Made by a program: the position numbers and the translations under genes. From Eledone cirrhosa (taxonomy: Eukaryota): 64,000 nt of DNA. The stretch lies in NCBI GenBank assembly GCA_964016885.1, contig OZ024747.1, positions 31,310,001 through 31,374,000 on the forward strand, in the 5' to 3' direction. Numbering within the stretch: position 1 is the stretch's first letter; every line of letters starts with the position of its first letter. The notes beneath the pieces are model-generated. The model was not told where the DNA came from, did not search any database, and worked only from the letters and a program-made list of their open reading frames with translations. This document shows, piece by piece, positions 53,536 through 64,000 of this stretch.

Positions 53536-53720
53536 GGACAAAATGAAAACACACACACATAGAACAAACAACCAACCAGTAACATGTAAATAAACAAATA
53601 TAAACACACACAGACACCCAGATGTAACACATGCGCAAACTAAGCACACAACACACACAAAATCAAGATGGCGTAGGACAGAACAAAGGAGAGGCACAAA
53701 AACAAAGAAAAGAATCCCCA

Positions 53721-53763
53721 GTCACTGAAGAGGTCACATAATGTGTGACGAAAGAACTTTGAC
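53721..53763 (+). ncRNA. Type I hammerhead ribozyme in a PLE 3' end
   Basis: GTCA-CTGAAGA-gGTCAC-ataatgt-GTGAC-GAAA-gaac-TT-TGAC. Confidence 0.7.
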
Positions 53764-54058
53764 AATATATGAACAATCATTTGGTTGTGGAACCAACCAA
53801 CCAACCGGAAATTTATAAATGCCTAAATTTATAAATTTAATTTATAATAAATTGAAGTGAAAGCAACTGGTGCATGTGTTTCTTATTGGCAACATGACCC
53901 TCCCAAAGTATTACAATATATATATATATATATTTATTAAAACAACAGATTAAAGTTTAAGCAAAGAATCGCTGCTTTCACCCTTAACGGGATCTTCTGA
54001 AACTAACCACATTTTCGATTTCATCTTTTTTTCTTTATATATATATATATATATATAT

Positions 54059-54974
54059 ATAAGACGTAAAATAAGAAAATTTAAAAAAAATTTAAAAAAT
54101 TAACTTACTTACTAAAATTTTCACTCCAACTAATTAGTTTCTGCAATGGGATAAAGACAGTTACGTAATAAACTGTCGATAATTCATTGCGTCATCAGGG
54201 AGTCTATTCTCAGCTAAGTCTCCAGGCAGTGCGCGGACACTGGGGACTCATATAAAAATAATAATAATTCGGTAGATGGAACAGCTAGCGGGGACTGGAT
54301 TCCATGTAGTGAAAAGTTCGCTGTCTCAGGTCAAATGGCAGATTCTAAAGAATCAATCACGTGACACTGAGGCTAGTCGGTAGGAGTGGGATGGTAAGAT
54401 GACAGAAGCCTACTAGCACACCAATAAATTAGTAGTGGTTTTGGCAGGTTTGCTCAACAAATAAGTTATTTGGAGATAAATTTAGAGAATTTAGTATATC
54501 TACTAACATATGCGTACAGATGTACGCTAATGCTAGCAAATACCGACTAGCCTCAGTGTCACGTGATTGATTCTTTAGAATCTGCCATTTGACCTGAGAC
54601 AGCGAACTTTTCAGTACATGGAATCCAGTCCCCGCTAGCTGTTCCATCTACCGAATTATTATTATTTTTATATGAGTCCCCAGTGTCCGTGCATTGCCTG
54701 GAGACTTAGCTGAGAATAGACTCCCTCATGACGCAATGAATTCTCGACAGTTTATTACGTAACTGTCTTTATCGCATTGCAGAAACTAATTAGTTGGAGT
54801 GAAAATTTTAGTAATAAGTTAATTTTTTTAATTTTTTTAAAATTTTCTTATTTTACGTCTTATATATTATTGTTCTGCATCCTCCTGCATTGAACCACCT
54901 AGGTACTATGACATAACCTGTGTATTTGCTAGCATTAGCGTACATCTGTACGCATATGTTAGTAGATATACTAA

Positions 54975-54985
<11 letters not shown>
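54059..54985. mobile_element. Complex fold-back element (54059-54382 inverted at 54541-54864; ~54476-54542 inverted at ~54922-54985)
   Basis: Direct sequence comparison; (TA)n on both sides; HHR in the arms. Confidence 0.8.
54123..54203 (-). ncRNA. Type I hammerhead ribozyme with extended stem II (plus-strand copy 54720-54800 has a CTCATGA mutation)
   Basis: ACTCC-CTGATGA-cGCAATG..GACAGTT..AACTGTC..CATTGCa-GAAA-CTAATTAG-TT-GGAGT. Confidence 0.8.
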
Positions 54986-55037
<52 letters not shown>

Positions 55038-55043
<6 letters not shown>

Positions 55044-55733
55044 AAAAAAGATGAAATCGAAAATGCAACTGGAGTCTTATTTTTAAAAAAAATATATATA
55101 TATTTATTTGGTTCCTTTACCGGTTTCGCAGTTCTTCTGCTTTTCAAAAGTAGAGTTGAAATGGAGGGTCTGTGGTTTTTCTCACATCTGGTTGGTCTTT
55201 GAATGTTACTTGTTTTATATGGAAAAAAGTGGCTCGACACGCCAGGATTTTAGAGAAGTAATTTGATTGGTTGGTCAATAAGTATAATAAATTTCACGCC
55301 AGTTCACGTTACAAAGCCGTATAAAAAAAAAGCCTTCGTGATTCCCCTTTTTTTTTAAGTAAAAAGAAATTCAAACAAACTGGCGCAAAAGCTGATGTGC
55401 TTATTCACATGACTGCATCAACCAACCAATCTTCATTCATGTACGAAAAAACAACCTGAGCCGCCCCCCCCCTCCCTGTTTGAAGAACTTTGTAACGAGA
55501 ACTGGCGCGAAATTTATTATACTTATTGACCAACCAATCAAATTACTTCTCTAAAAACCTGGCTTTTCGAGCCACTTTTTCCATATAAAACGAGTAACAT
55601 TCAAAGACCAACCAGATGTGGGAAAAACCAAAAGCAGAAGAACTGCAAAACCGGTAAAGGAACCAAATAAATATATATATTTTTAAAAAAATAAGACTCC
55701 AGTTGCATTTTCGATTTCATATTTTTTCTTTAT
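55038..55733. mobile_element. Fold-back element (arms ~55038-55313 and ~55489-55733)
   Basis: Inverted repeat with a deletion in the right arm; U3:A8 HHR-like motif at 55115-55150 (minus). Confidence 0.75.
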
Positions 55734-55788
55734 ACTTTCACTCGTGTAGGACAACTCGGTTATTTTTCATTTTGTAAAAAAACCTCAC

Positions 55789-55841
<53 letters not shown>

Positions 55842-56189
55842 GACATGCACAAATATGATTGCGAGTTGTGAACATGGAGCAGAAACATAGGTTGTAGTTT
55901 GTGCCCTACTTCTTTGGTGAAAAAAACAAACCACTAACAACCGGTGTTATTGTTGGTGGGGACTTTTTCAATAGATTCGTTCTGTCTCTTTTCCCCAATT
56001 AAACTTTTTCTGGTACAACCGATGTCTTATGAAATGTGCCCTTTATACTAAACATCTGTGCATAACTTGCTTGCCAGTGGTAAAAAGTTGATAAACCCGC
56101 ATGGACCAAGCAGTAAACCATGCAATTCACGTTGCCGTTTTAGTTGATTTTCCACTGCTACGGGCTACAGTAGGCAGAACTAAAATGTT

Positions 56190-56745
56190 ATGAGTAAAAA
56201 ATATTTAACGAAACACAATGCATAATTGGTGCAAATTTGAATAAAATCGGCTGCAAACTGTAGAAATTATTGACATTGATACTTTTTAAAATTTAGTTTT
56301 TCTCACACAGGGCCCGAATTATATAAAAACGCGAAAAATCGGTTAATCCAGAATAATGTTTGGTACATGAGGTATAGTTGTTCCAAATTTGAAGGAAATC
56401 GGTCGCAAACTGCAGGCGTTATAACGATGCGGATTTTTCGATTCGTTTTTTTCTAGTCCAGGGGCGCATTAAACAAAATGTTATGTGTCCAATATAAAGT
56501 CGGGAACATAATGCATGTTTGTTCCACATTTGAAGGAAATCGAATGTAAACTGTAGAAGTAATTGACAAAGGTCAATTTTTAAAGTCAGGTTTTCTCTTA
56601 TAGAGGGCTCAGTAGACACAAATTTGAAAATGTGACGAAGGTCTGGAGCATAACGCATGTTTGCGCCAAATTTGAAGAAAATCTGTTGCAAGTTGTAGAA
56701 GTTATGCGAAAACAGACGCACATATTTGGCATATATATATATATA
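56190..56745. mobile_element. Element with four diverged ~142-150-bp internal repeats (Helitron/Helentron-associated type)
   Basis: The motif c(a/c)aatttgaa..aaatcg...aactgtagaa.tta recurs at ~56232, 56383, 56524 and 56666; it ends acagacgcac..tggcatatata. Confidence 0.5.
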
Positions 56746-58346
56746 TACATATACAAGTGTGTGTTTACTGCTTACTGGATATGTTTACCTGATGCCATGA
56801 ATAATACATCAAATACACATGCCAACAATAATTTACATTATACTGGTTTATGACATATTTATGTAATACAGCAATCAAAAAAATATATTCTAAAAAACAC
56901 ACCAGAAAACATTGTTTCTTAGAAAAATAAAAATAATAATCCAATGAAAAAATACATATATAACGAATTAAAAATAAATGTTTCATTATACATTCATATT
57001 CTATATTTACAACGCTCCAAGAATTCTGTGTTTGGGAGATTTCCAGAAAATATTGTCATGCAAAACTGTGCAGTTTGTTCTTTTATATTTTCTCTCCAAA
57101 CTTTTTTTCTTTTAATTATAAAGTCATATTTGTGATTACAATAACTGTGTCATTGTTTCTATTGTTTTCTTGAAAATACCAAATATACAAGATTGTAAAA
57201 TAAAATGCTTATTTGCTATTTTTCTACAGTATTCTTGGTTTAACAGAATCACAAATATAAAAATCTCAAATATAAAACTATCTAAACAGCTTTGAGAAGA
57301 CGAAGAGCAAAGTAAATTTATTTATTCTTGTATGAGATTATGGCATAAATTGTTTTCAGAACACCCGTGCAAAAACTTATAAACTAATAGTTACAAAACA
57401 ATGCTACATTTATGATCTACTTTCTATTATAAACCAAAGAAGCTGTCTCTATAGAGTTGTTGACCTGGCTAGAAAGAACAGCAAATCCCTTTCAGGATAC
57501 ATAACTTACTTTTTAACCCTATCAGTGCCATATATTTAGTGAAAGCATTGCCAATGGTTTTTCAAATAATTTTGAAAATAAGAATTTGGGGTTCCTCCTT
57601 TGTAGTAACGTTACTCAATTGAGTGCATAGATCGGAGATCAGAGAGTCGCTCCAGATAGTCACTACTTCTTTGAATTGAGAGATCACAACTCTGATATTA
57701 TGGATATGTGATTAGAATGTCTCAGGAAAGAATTGCTGGACAGCCAAAACCAACTAGCAGGAGACTCAGCGGTAGGCTCCAAGCAAGATATTATCCATGA
57801 GCTTGGCTGGTCTTGCTTGTTGATATAGCTGGATCAATTGGAGACAGTTGCTTCTGACACAACCCACTAGAATAAATGTTGAGGTCTCTGCCCCCACACC
57901 CCTCTCAGGAAAAAGTGGGCAAGGAAGAAGTATTTTGTGAGATTTTGTAATGTTAACTTTTTCATTAACACACTGTTTTTTAGAACAAGGTTTCTTACAT
58001 AAATTATGATGGAAGGTTTTAAAATAAATATAAAAAATGTAATCCATTTGTTACCGTGTTGCTAATGAAAGTCACTGCTTATGATTTTCAAATATTAAGC
58101 AGGTATTTGGAACACAAAGGTTCTGGTGTAAAATTATAATGGTAGGTTTTACCTGAAAATGAACAATATAAAAAATATAGATTTGTATCATTGAAGCAAA
58201 GGTTGTTTCAGTCAGATTGATATGAAAAGTGTTAGTATAAAAAAGAACACATTGGATATTGTATTTTTATAAAAGAATTTGGAAGGAGCCAGAATATCAA
58301 TTGAGACTTCTGAACCATCATGCTAACAAAAAAGGAGCCTCTAGAT

Positions 58347-58564
58347 CAGTGTTTCTCAACCTTTTTACCCGTGTGTAACCCTTGAAATCATGTCTCAAAG
58401 AACCCCTACATAAAAATTATTGTATACCATTATTAATATTTAAATGTAGAAACAATTATTAATATTTAAATGCATTAGCTTATTTATCACTGTTTCTTGT
58501 GGAACTCTAGCAAACTCTTTTGCATAACGCTAGGGCTCCAGGGAACAGCAGTTGAGAAATGCTG
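58347..58564. mobile_element. hAT (Charlie-like) MITE
   Basis: TIRs CAGTGTTTCTCAAC / GTTGAGAAATGCTG; 8-bp TSD-like flanks CTCTAGAT / GTCTAGAC. Confidence 0.8.
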
Positions 58565-58631
58565 GTCTAGACTGTCATTCAACTTGCTAGAAAAAACAAT
58601 CAAATCTCTATCTAAGACCACCCTATTGTAT

Positions 58632-58845
58632 TGGTTTCTGATTTAGGCACAAACCAACAATTTGGGAGGAAGGGGAAAGTTGATTAAATTAAAGTGTGTT
58701 ACAGGTACATTATTTCATCGACCATGTAAGGATGAAAGGCAAAGCTAACATCGCTGGGATTTGAATTCAGGATGTAAAGGGCCATAACTATATGCCACAA
58801 AGCATGTTGTTCGATGCTCTACTGATACTGCCAATCCACCGCCCT
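58632..58845 (-). mobile_element. SINE (Meta-type family); further copies at ~39510-39620 (+) and 59175-59340 (-)
   Basis: Reverse complement of the 22625-22810 sequence, diverged. Confidence 0.75.
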
Positions 58846-59567
58846 AAGACCTCACCACTAGCATATTAAAAATAAATAGTTATAGACATACTGGATAATG
58901 TAATCTTAATTGAAAAAGATGTGATAGTCTGGACTATAATGGCTTTGATCATATGCCTGGTGTATCAGGAAAGAGCAAACAAAATGGTAATTATTCCAAA
59001 TTTGGATTAGAGTTTTCAATATTGGAAGGAAGACAATAGTCGTCTATTTGTCTGAGAGGTGTTGTTAAGATTTAATTAATCTCATCTTTAAGATGAAAGA
59101 TATTTTATTAAAATCTATTCTGGACATCAGAATTAAGCATGGTGTAGAGGTAATATATAAGGACAATATCAATAATGTTTTCTGATTTAGGCAACAACTT
59201 TAGGTGAAAGGAAAGTCGATTAAATTGACTCCAGTGCATTACTGGTACTTTATTTTATCGACCTGGTAAGGATCAAGGCAAAGCTAACCTTAGTGGTAAT
59301 CAGAAAGGAAAGAAATGTGACTACCGATACTGCACCCTTACAAACATTATCAATAATAAAAGTTTATAAGGCTATAAATTTGGGGCATGGATGGTTTAGC
59401 TGATCACTTTAACCACAATATTTTAGTGGTATTTTTTTATCAAACCAGGAAGGATGAAAACAAAGTCCACCTCTATAGGGCCATAAATAAATACTGTTCA
59501 GTATTTTATCTACTTTTCTTTTAATTTTATCAATCCTCTCCATCTTAATAATAGTAATAATAATAAC

Positions 59568-60355
59568 ATCTGTAAATGTGGTTGGCATTAGGCAAGGCAT
59601 CCAGCCATAGAAACCAAGCCAGAAACAGTTCTGTATGAGCAAGACAGTCATCTAACCTCTGCTAGCATGTAAAAATGGACGTTAAACAGTGATCATGACA
59701 AACATCCTTTTATCTGCCACTAAGGTAACAAATAAAAGGGATATTAGAATAAATTACAAAAAATGATGCGGGTTGATGCTGAATCAATTATATAAAAACA
59801 AAGAAACTAGGCATAGAAACAGAATTAAAAAACAAGCATGAAATCGAAGCCCTAAGAGAGGGACAGCCATCCAAAGCCAATCAGGGAACTATATAGATCC
59901 CTAATTACTCTAATTTCAAAGTGCAATTGTCGCCTTTCAGCTGTATCTTCTAACCTTAAAGCACAATCTAAGAGTAGGCTTGTTCATACAAGCAAGTCTC
60001 ACCACACTCATCCACAATTCAACAAACTCACGGGGGATCCTCTCCCTCTCCCTACTCTTACCTGCCTCTGCAGGTAAAACATGAGCATTGCTAGAGAGTA
60101 AGGTGTATGTTATCAACCCAATCATCATCACCATTTAACTTCCATTTTTAATGCAAGCATAGTCTAGATGAGCTGTTCTATTGTGAGACAAGCATGACCT
60201 GTCTTGCTCATACAGAACTGATTTGGGCTTGGTTTCTATGGCTAGATGCCCTTCCTAATGTTAACCACATTTACAGTTGCTTTTTTTTGCCGTGACACCT
60301 ACACAACCCCTTTACAGTGTGGGCTAAGTACTTTTCGTCGTGTCACCAACATGAC
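59568..60355. mobile_element. Short RTE-3'-UTR-like fragments (59568-59690 plus, 60120-60355 minus); others at ~575-680, 6740-6940 and 15000-15165
   Basis: Shared tgtcttgctcatacagaactg..ggcttggtttcta.ggctggatgcccttcctaa.accaaccac motif and (CAT)n tails. Confidence 0.65.
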
Positions 60356-62388
60356 CACTAAATAAATAAATAGCTTACTAAGATATTTAGTCTAATGATT
60401 AATTTCTCTGTCAAGAAAAAATATTCCATTTTAGAAGAAACTTTTACATGAAGGAAAAGTTGACAATGAAATCCCTTCCAGATCTTTCTTTAAAATTTGA
60501 TAAAGATCAAATATTTAAGCAATTTAGTCCTTTGAACACACAACACACAAAAGAATAATCTCTCAGACTTTTATTTCAAATTAGTCTCAATTATTATTTG
60601 TGTACTTATTTTACATTATCCCCCAAATTAGAACTACCTGCATCACTAATCAAACAATTTCTTGTGACAGAAAACGTTTAATGGAATTATATTTCTCTGT
60701 TCCTTCATAATCTCTCTGATCAAAAGGAATAAATCTGACAACAAAGAATGGTTTTTCATTTGAGATCTTTTGTTTTATTTTGCCTACCCAATATCTCCTC
60801 TTTCATGAAATATTTCCTAGAATTTAAGTCACAATTTGTGTCTTTCCTATACTCTACATCAATAATTTTACACTCATTAATTTTAGTAGCATTTCACTCT
60901 CATTTCCCCAAATTTATATCAATTGCGTGTTCCTGGATATTAAGCAGGATTGTCTTGAAAAGATTACACTAAAATGAGCTTCACTGTCTACTTGAGACTC
61001 ATTGAATACATCCATCTAAATGCAGTCCTTTCCTTTTTACCTATGACTCCTGTTACAGGAAGTTATTGGAGCACCATATTAACATACATTGTCGCTCTTT
61101 AGTTTTGTCCATAGTGCCTCATTTATAATTCTCATTTCTCTAGCACACATTATTCAATGTTATTTGGGGCCAACATTTATTCACAACACCCTGTGTTTTT
61201 GTAAAGAAATATTTCAATCTATACACATAGGTTATCGTAGTTTGATAACCAAGAATTTGCAGAACTGTCCAACCGATTATAATGTGGCATAGAAGAAATG
61301 TAACATTTTGACGTGTAAATATCTTGAATTAGAAAGATATCAGAATATTGGTTTGAAACTAAGAAATGTATCTCAGTAAACCATCATTCAGATCCAGCTT
61401 ATCAATTTTGGTGATAATGCCTGCGAAAATTAGACATTTGAGAAAGCCGGTTTTGTTGATATGTATTGGAATATTCCCATTGTGTAAAATTGGCAATTGT
61501 GAACCATTTATTATGTTTGGATCGTCTGTATTATTAAATATCCTCCAATTCACTTGGAAACAATTTGGATAGGGAAAAAACCACCATAAAAACAGCAATG
61601 CATACTGACACAATGAGCTTTCACTAATCTTAAAACCAGCGCACACAGACACAGTAACACACAAGACTCGCAGACACACATGCACAAAAGATATAAAGTA
61701 AGAATTGTTTTCTTTACAGAGAGGGGGAGGGTTATTTAAAATTAATATTTCTTAAGAGGCCAAAATGGAACTCTCTGAAATTAGTTTTAGAGGAAATAAA
61801 CAAGGAGTACTTTATTTCATTGTTATTCTAAGATATTCTAAAAATCTCAATTACTAAGACACTCTTCATTCAATGTTGATGTTGAAAATCAGAATAGAGA
61901 ATACAATAGATGGAAAAATTAATTAGAAGGGAGATGTTCTTGTCACAAATAATAAAAGATACCCCCCCCCCCCCCCCCAAAAAAAAAAATTGGTATTTTC
62001 GATTTTTTTTTTTTTTTTCGTTGAAATATTTATAATGAATAAATGACCTTAGAAAAATAAAACTAGAAAACTATGAATGAGTAAAGAGAACAAAAGCTAT
62101 AAGTAAAGAAAATATAGAGAAATGATATTTTATTGAAAATCTGATATTGGAAAATATAAGAGTAAATATATAGCTATATATATTTCTTCAATAAAACATT
62201 TTGTAATGCCTAACTACACATGCTCATGTTTATAGATCTATACTTACCTTGTGGCATTGATTGGCTGGTTTTTACCTATTTGCAGCAGATGTTTCATGGA
62301 AGAATGCCATCTCTAGCAACAACCAAGCCAATATTAAGTCAAGTCTACTATCTACTTTCCAATAACCTAACACACACAAACTGAAGAT

Positions 62389-62449
<61 letters not shown>

Positions 62450-62545
62450 ATGTATGTATGTGTGTATATATATATATATACATGTGTATATATATATATA
62501 TATATACATCGTAAAATATATATATATATTTATATATGTCTATAT

Positions 62546-62594
<49 letters not shown>

Positions 62595-63033
62595 TATATA
62601 TATATATATATATATATATGAAGGTAAATAAGGTATTCAGAAAGATTATGAAGAATTCTCACCTGGCTTACATTGATATATCATTAAATATCACAACATA
62701 TATCTATTTACCTACTAATGTGTGTGCCTGTTTACGTCTGTTTGTCTACATACAAACATACAAAAAATATATATCTTTTCTTCATAAGTTCATTTTTCCA
62801 TGCTTTAGGTGAGACTGTTCTTGAGATAATGTTTCTATGACCAGTTCCCGTTTGTGATACCAAACCATGACTTTATTATTTTTTATATATAGTATATATC
62901 ACTGATGTTTATCAAACTGGTAAGCTCTGTGAGATATTATTTATGAAGGGATTTTTTTCTAAAATTGTGTCAATAAGGAGACATTCCTGTGTGTGTATGT
63001 ATTTGTATGTATATATATATATATATATATATA

Positions 63034-64000
63034 TCATCATCATCATCATCATCATCATCAACGTTTAACGTCCGTGTTCCACGCTTGCATGGGTTTGGAC
63101 GGGGGTATTCCCACTTGAGGCAAGAGTGATTGTCTTGCTCGCATAGGACTGTCGGCAGGTTTTCTACAGTTGGATGCCCTTCCTAACACCAACCACATTT
63201 ACAGTGTGGGTCTGGGAGGTTTTTACCGTGTTGCCTACACGGCCACATTACAGCGTGGACTGTGTGTTTTTTTGCCGTGACACCTACACTCATTTGTTTC
63301 GGCCTGGATGGCGCGGCACCAACATAACTTTACATAGAACGGGGTGGTGTGGATGGGGTGGGGGTGGTGGGACGGGGTGTATTTTGTTAGAGATGCCTAC
63401 TGGCTGTAGTAGGTTTTACTATGTATTTAGGTAAGGCGAGTCTTCTCTGTTACTGAGTACCGCCAAAGGTCTCGGTCCAGTGACATTGTCTTGGAGAGGT
63501 GTAAGTGTGTGAGGTCGGAGTTTATCAGCTCGTCCCAGGTTTTTCTAGGTCTGCCTATTCCGTGGCTACCGTCTATCTTTATTGCCCTGCACTTTGTTAT
63601 ACAGCTATCGACTTTCATGCGCATCACGTGTCCATACCAACGTAGCCTTCTCTCGAGTAAACAACATCTGATCCCTCTTATTTCTAATTTTTTCCTTAGT
63701 TCGTTTATGCTTTGCCGTTCACGTATATTACTGTTACACATCCAGCGGAGCATGCAAGCTTCGTTCCTCTCTAGTCTGCCTATATCGTCTGCACACAATG
63801 CCCAGGTCTCACTGCCATGTAACATTGCTGTTCGTATGCAGGCATCATACAACCTGCCTTTCATTTTTAGGGAGAACCCTTTAGCAGCTAATAGTGGTAT
63901 AAGCTCTCTGAACTTTTTCCAACCAGCTCTGACTCTAGCTACTGTACTTTCAGAGCACCCTCCCCCACTGCTGATTTTATTGCCCAGGTAACGGAAGCTG
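63034..64000 (-). mobile_element. RTE-clade LINE running off the window end
   Basis: The 145-aa ORF matches the family at 26892; its (GAT)n tail abuts (TA)n. Confidence 0.92.

Noticed and set aside
57640-57870. Possible very old LINE 3' coding remnant
   Set aside because: Too degenerate to assign by eye.

Overview
This is an AT-rich eukaryotic window made almost entirely of transposable elements and (TA)n/(CA)n/(GAT)n microsatellites. The repeat set points to an octopus/cephalopod genome (inference from recalled repeat types). No host protein-coding exon can be supported, so it is probably a large intron or intergenic DNA. It holds: (i) Penelope-like elements (PLEs), including one long RT + CxC + GIY-YIG copy and four endonuclease fragments; (ii) eight larger 5'-truncated RTE LINE copies, several with a PHD-type finger inside the RT region, most abutting (TA)n; (iii) two Helitrons with recognisable termini, one carrying a PIF1 helicase fragment; (iv) tRNA-derived SINEs, a hAT MITE and a CRE-type endonuclease remnant. 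The main signal is a dense set of about a dozen type I hammerhead ribozyme (HHR) loci from roughly ten unrelated repeat families, all clustered at (TA)n tracts. Many are arranged as snap-back palindromes, some with the apex on a ribozyme helix. Several have unusual cores (U3:A8 twice, A4 three times) or very long stem II insertions, and ends of different families are sometimes fused head-to-head. All structures were folded by eye and no database search was run.
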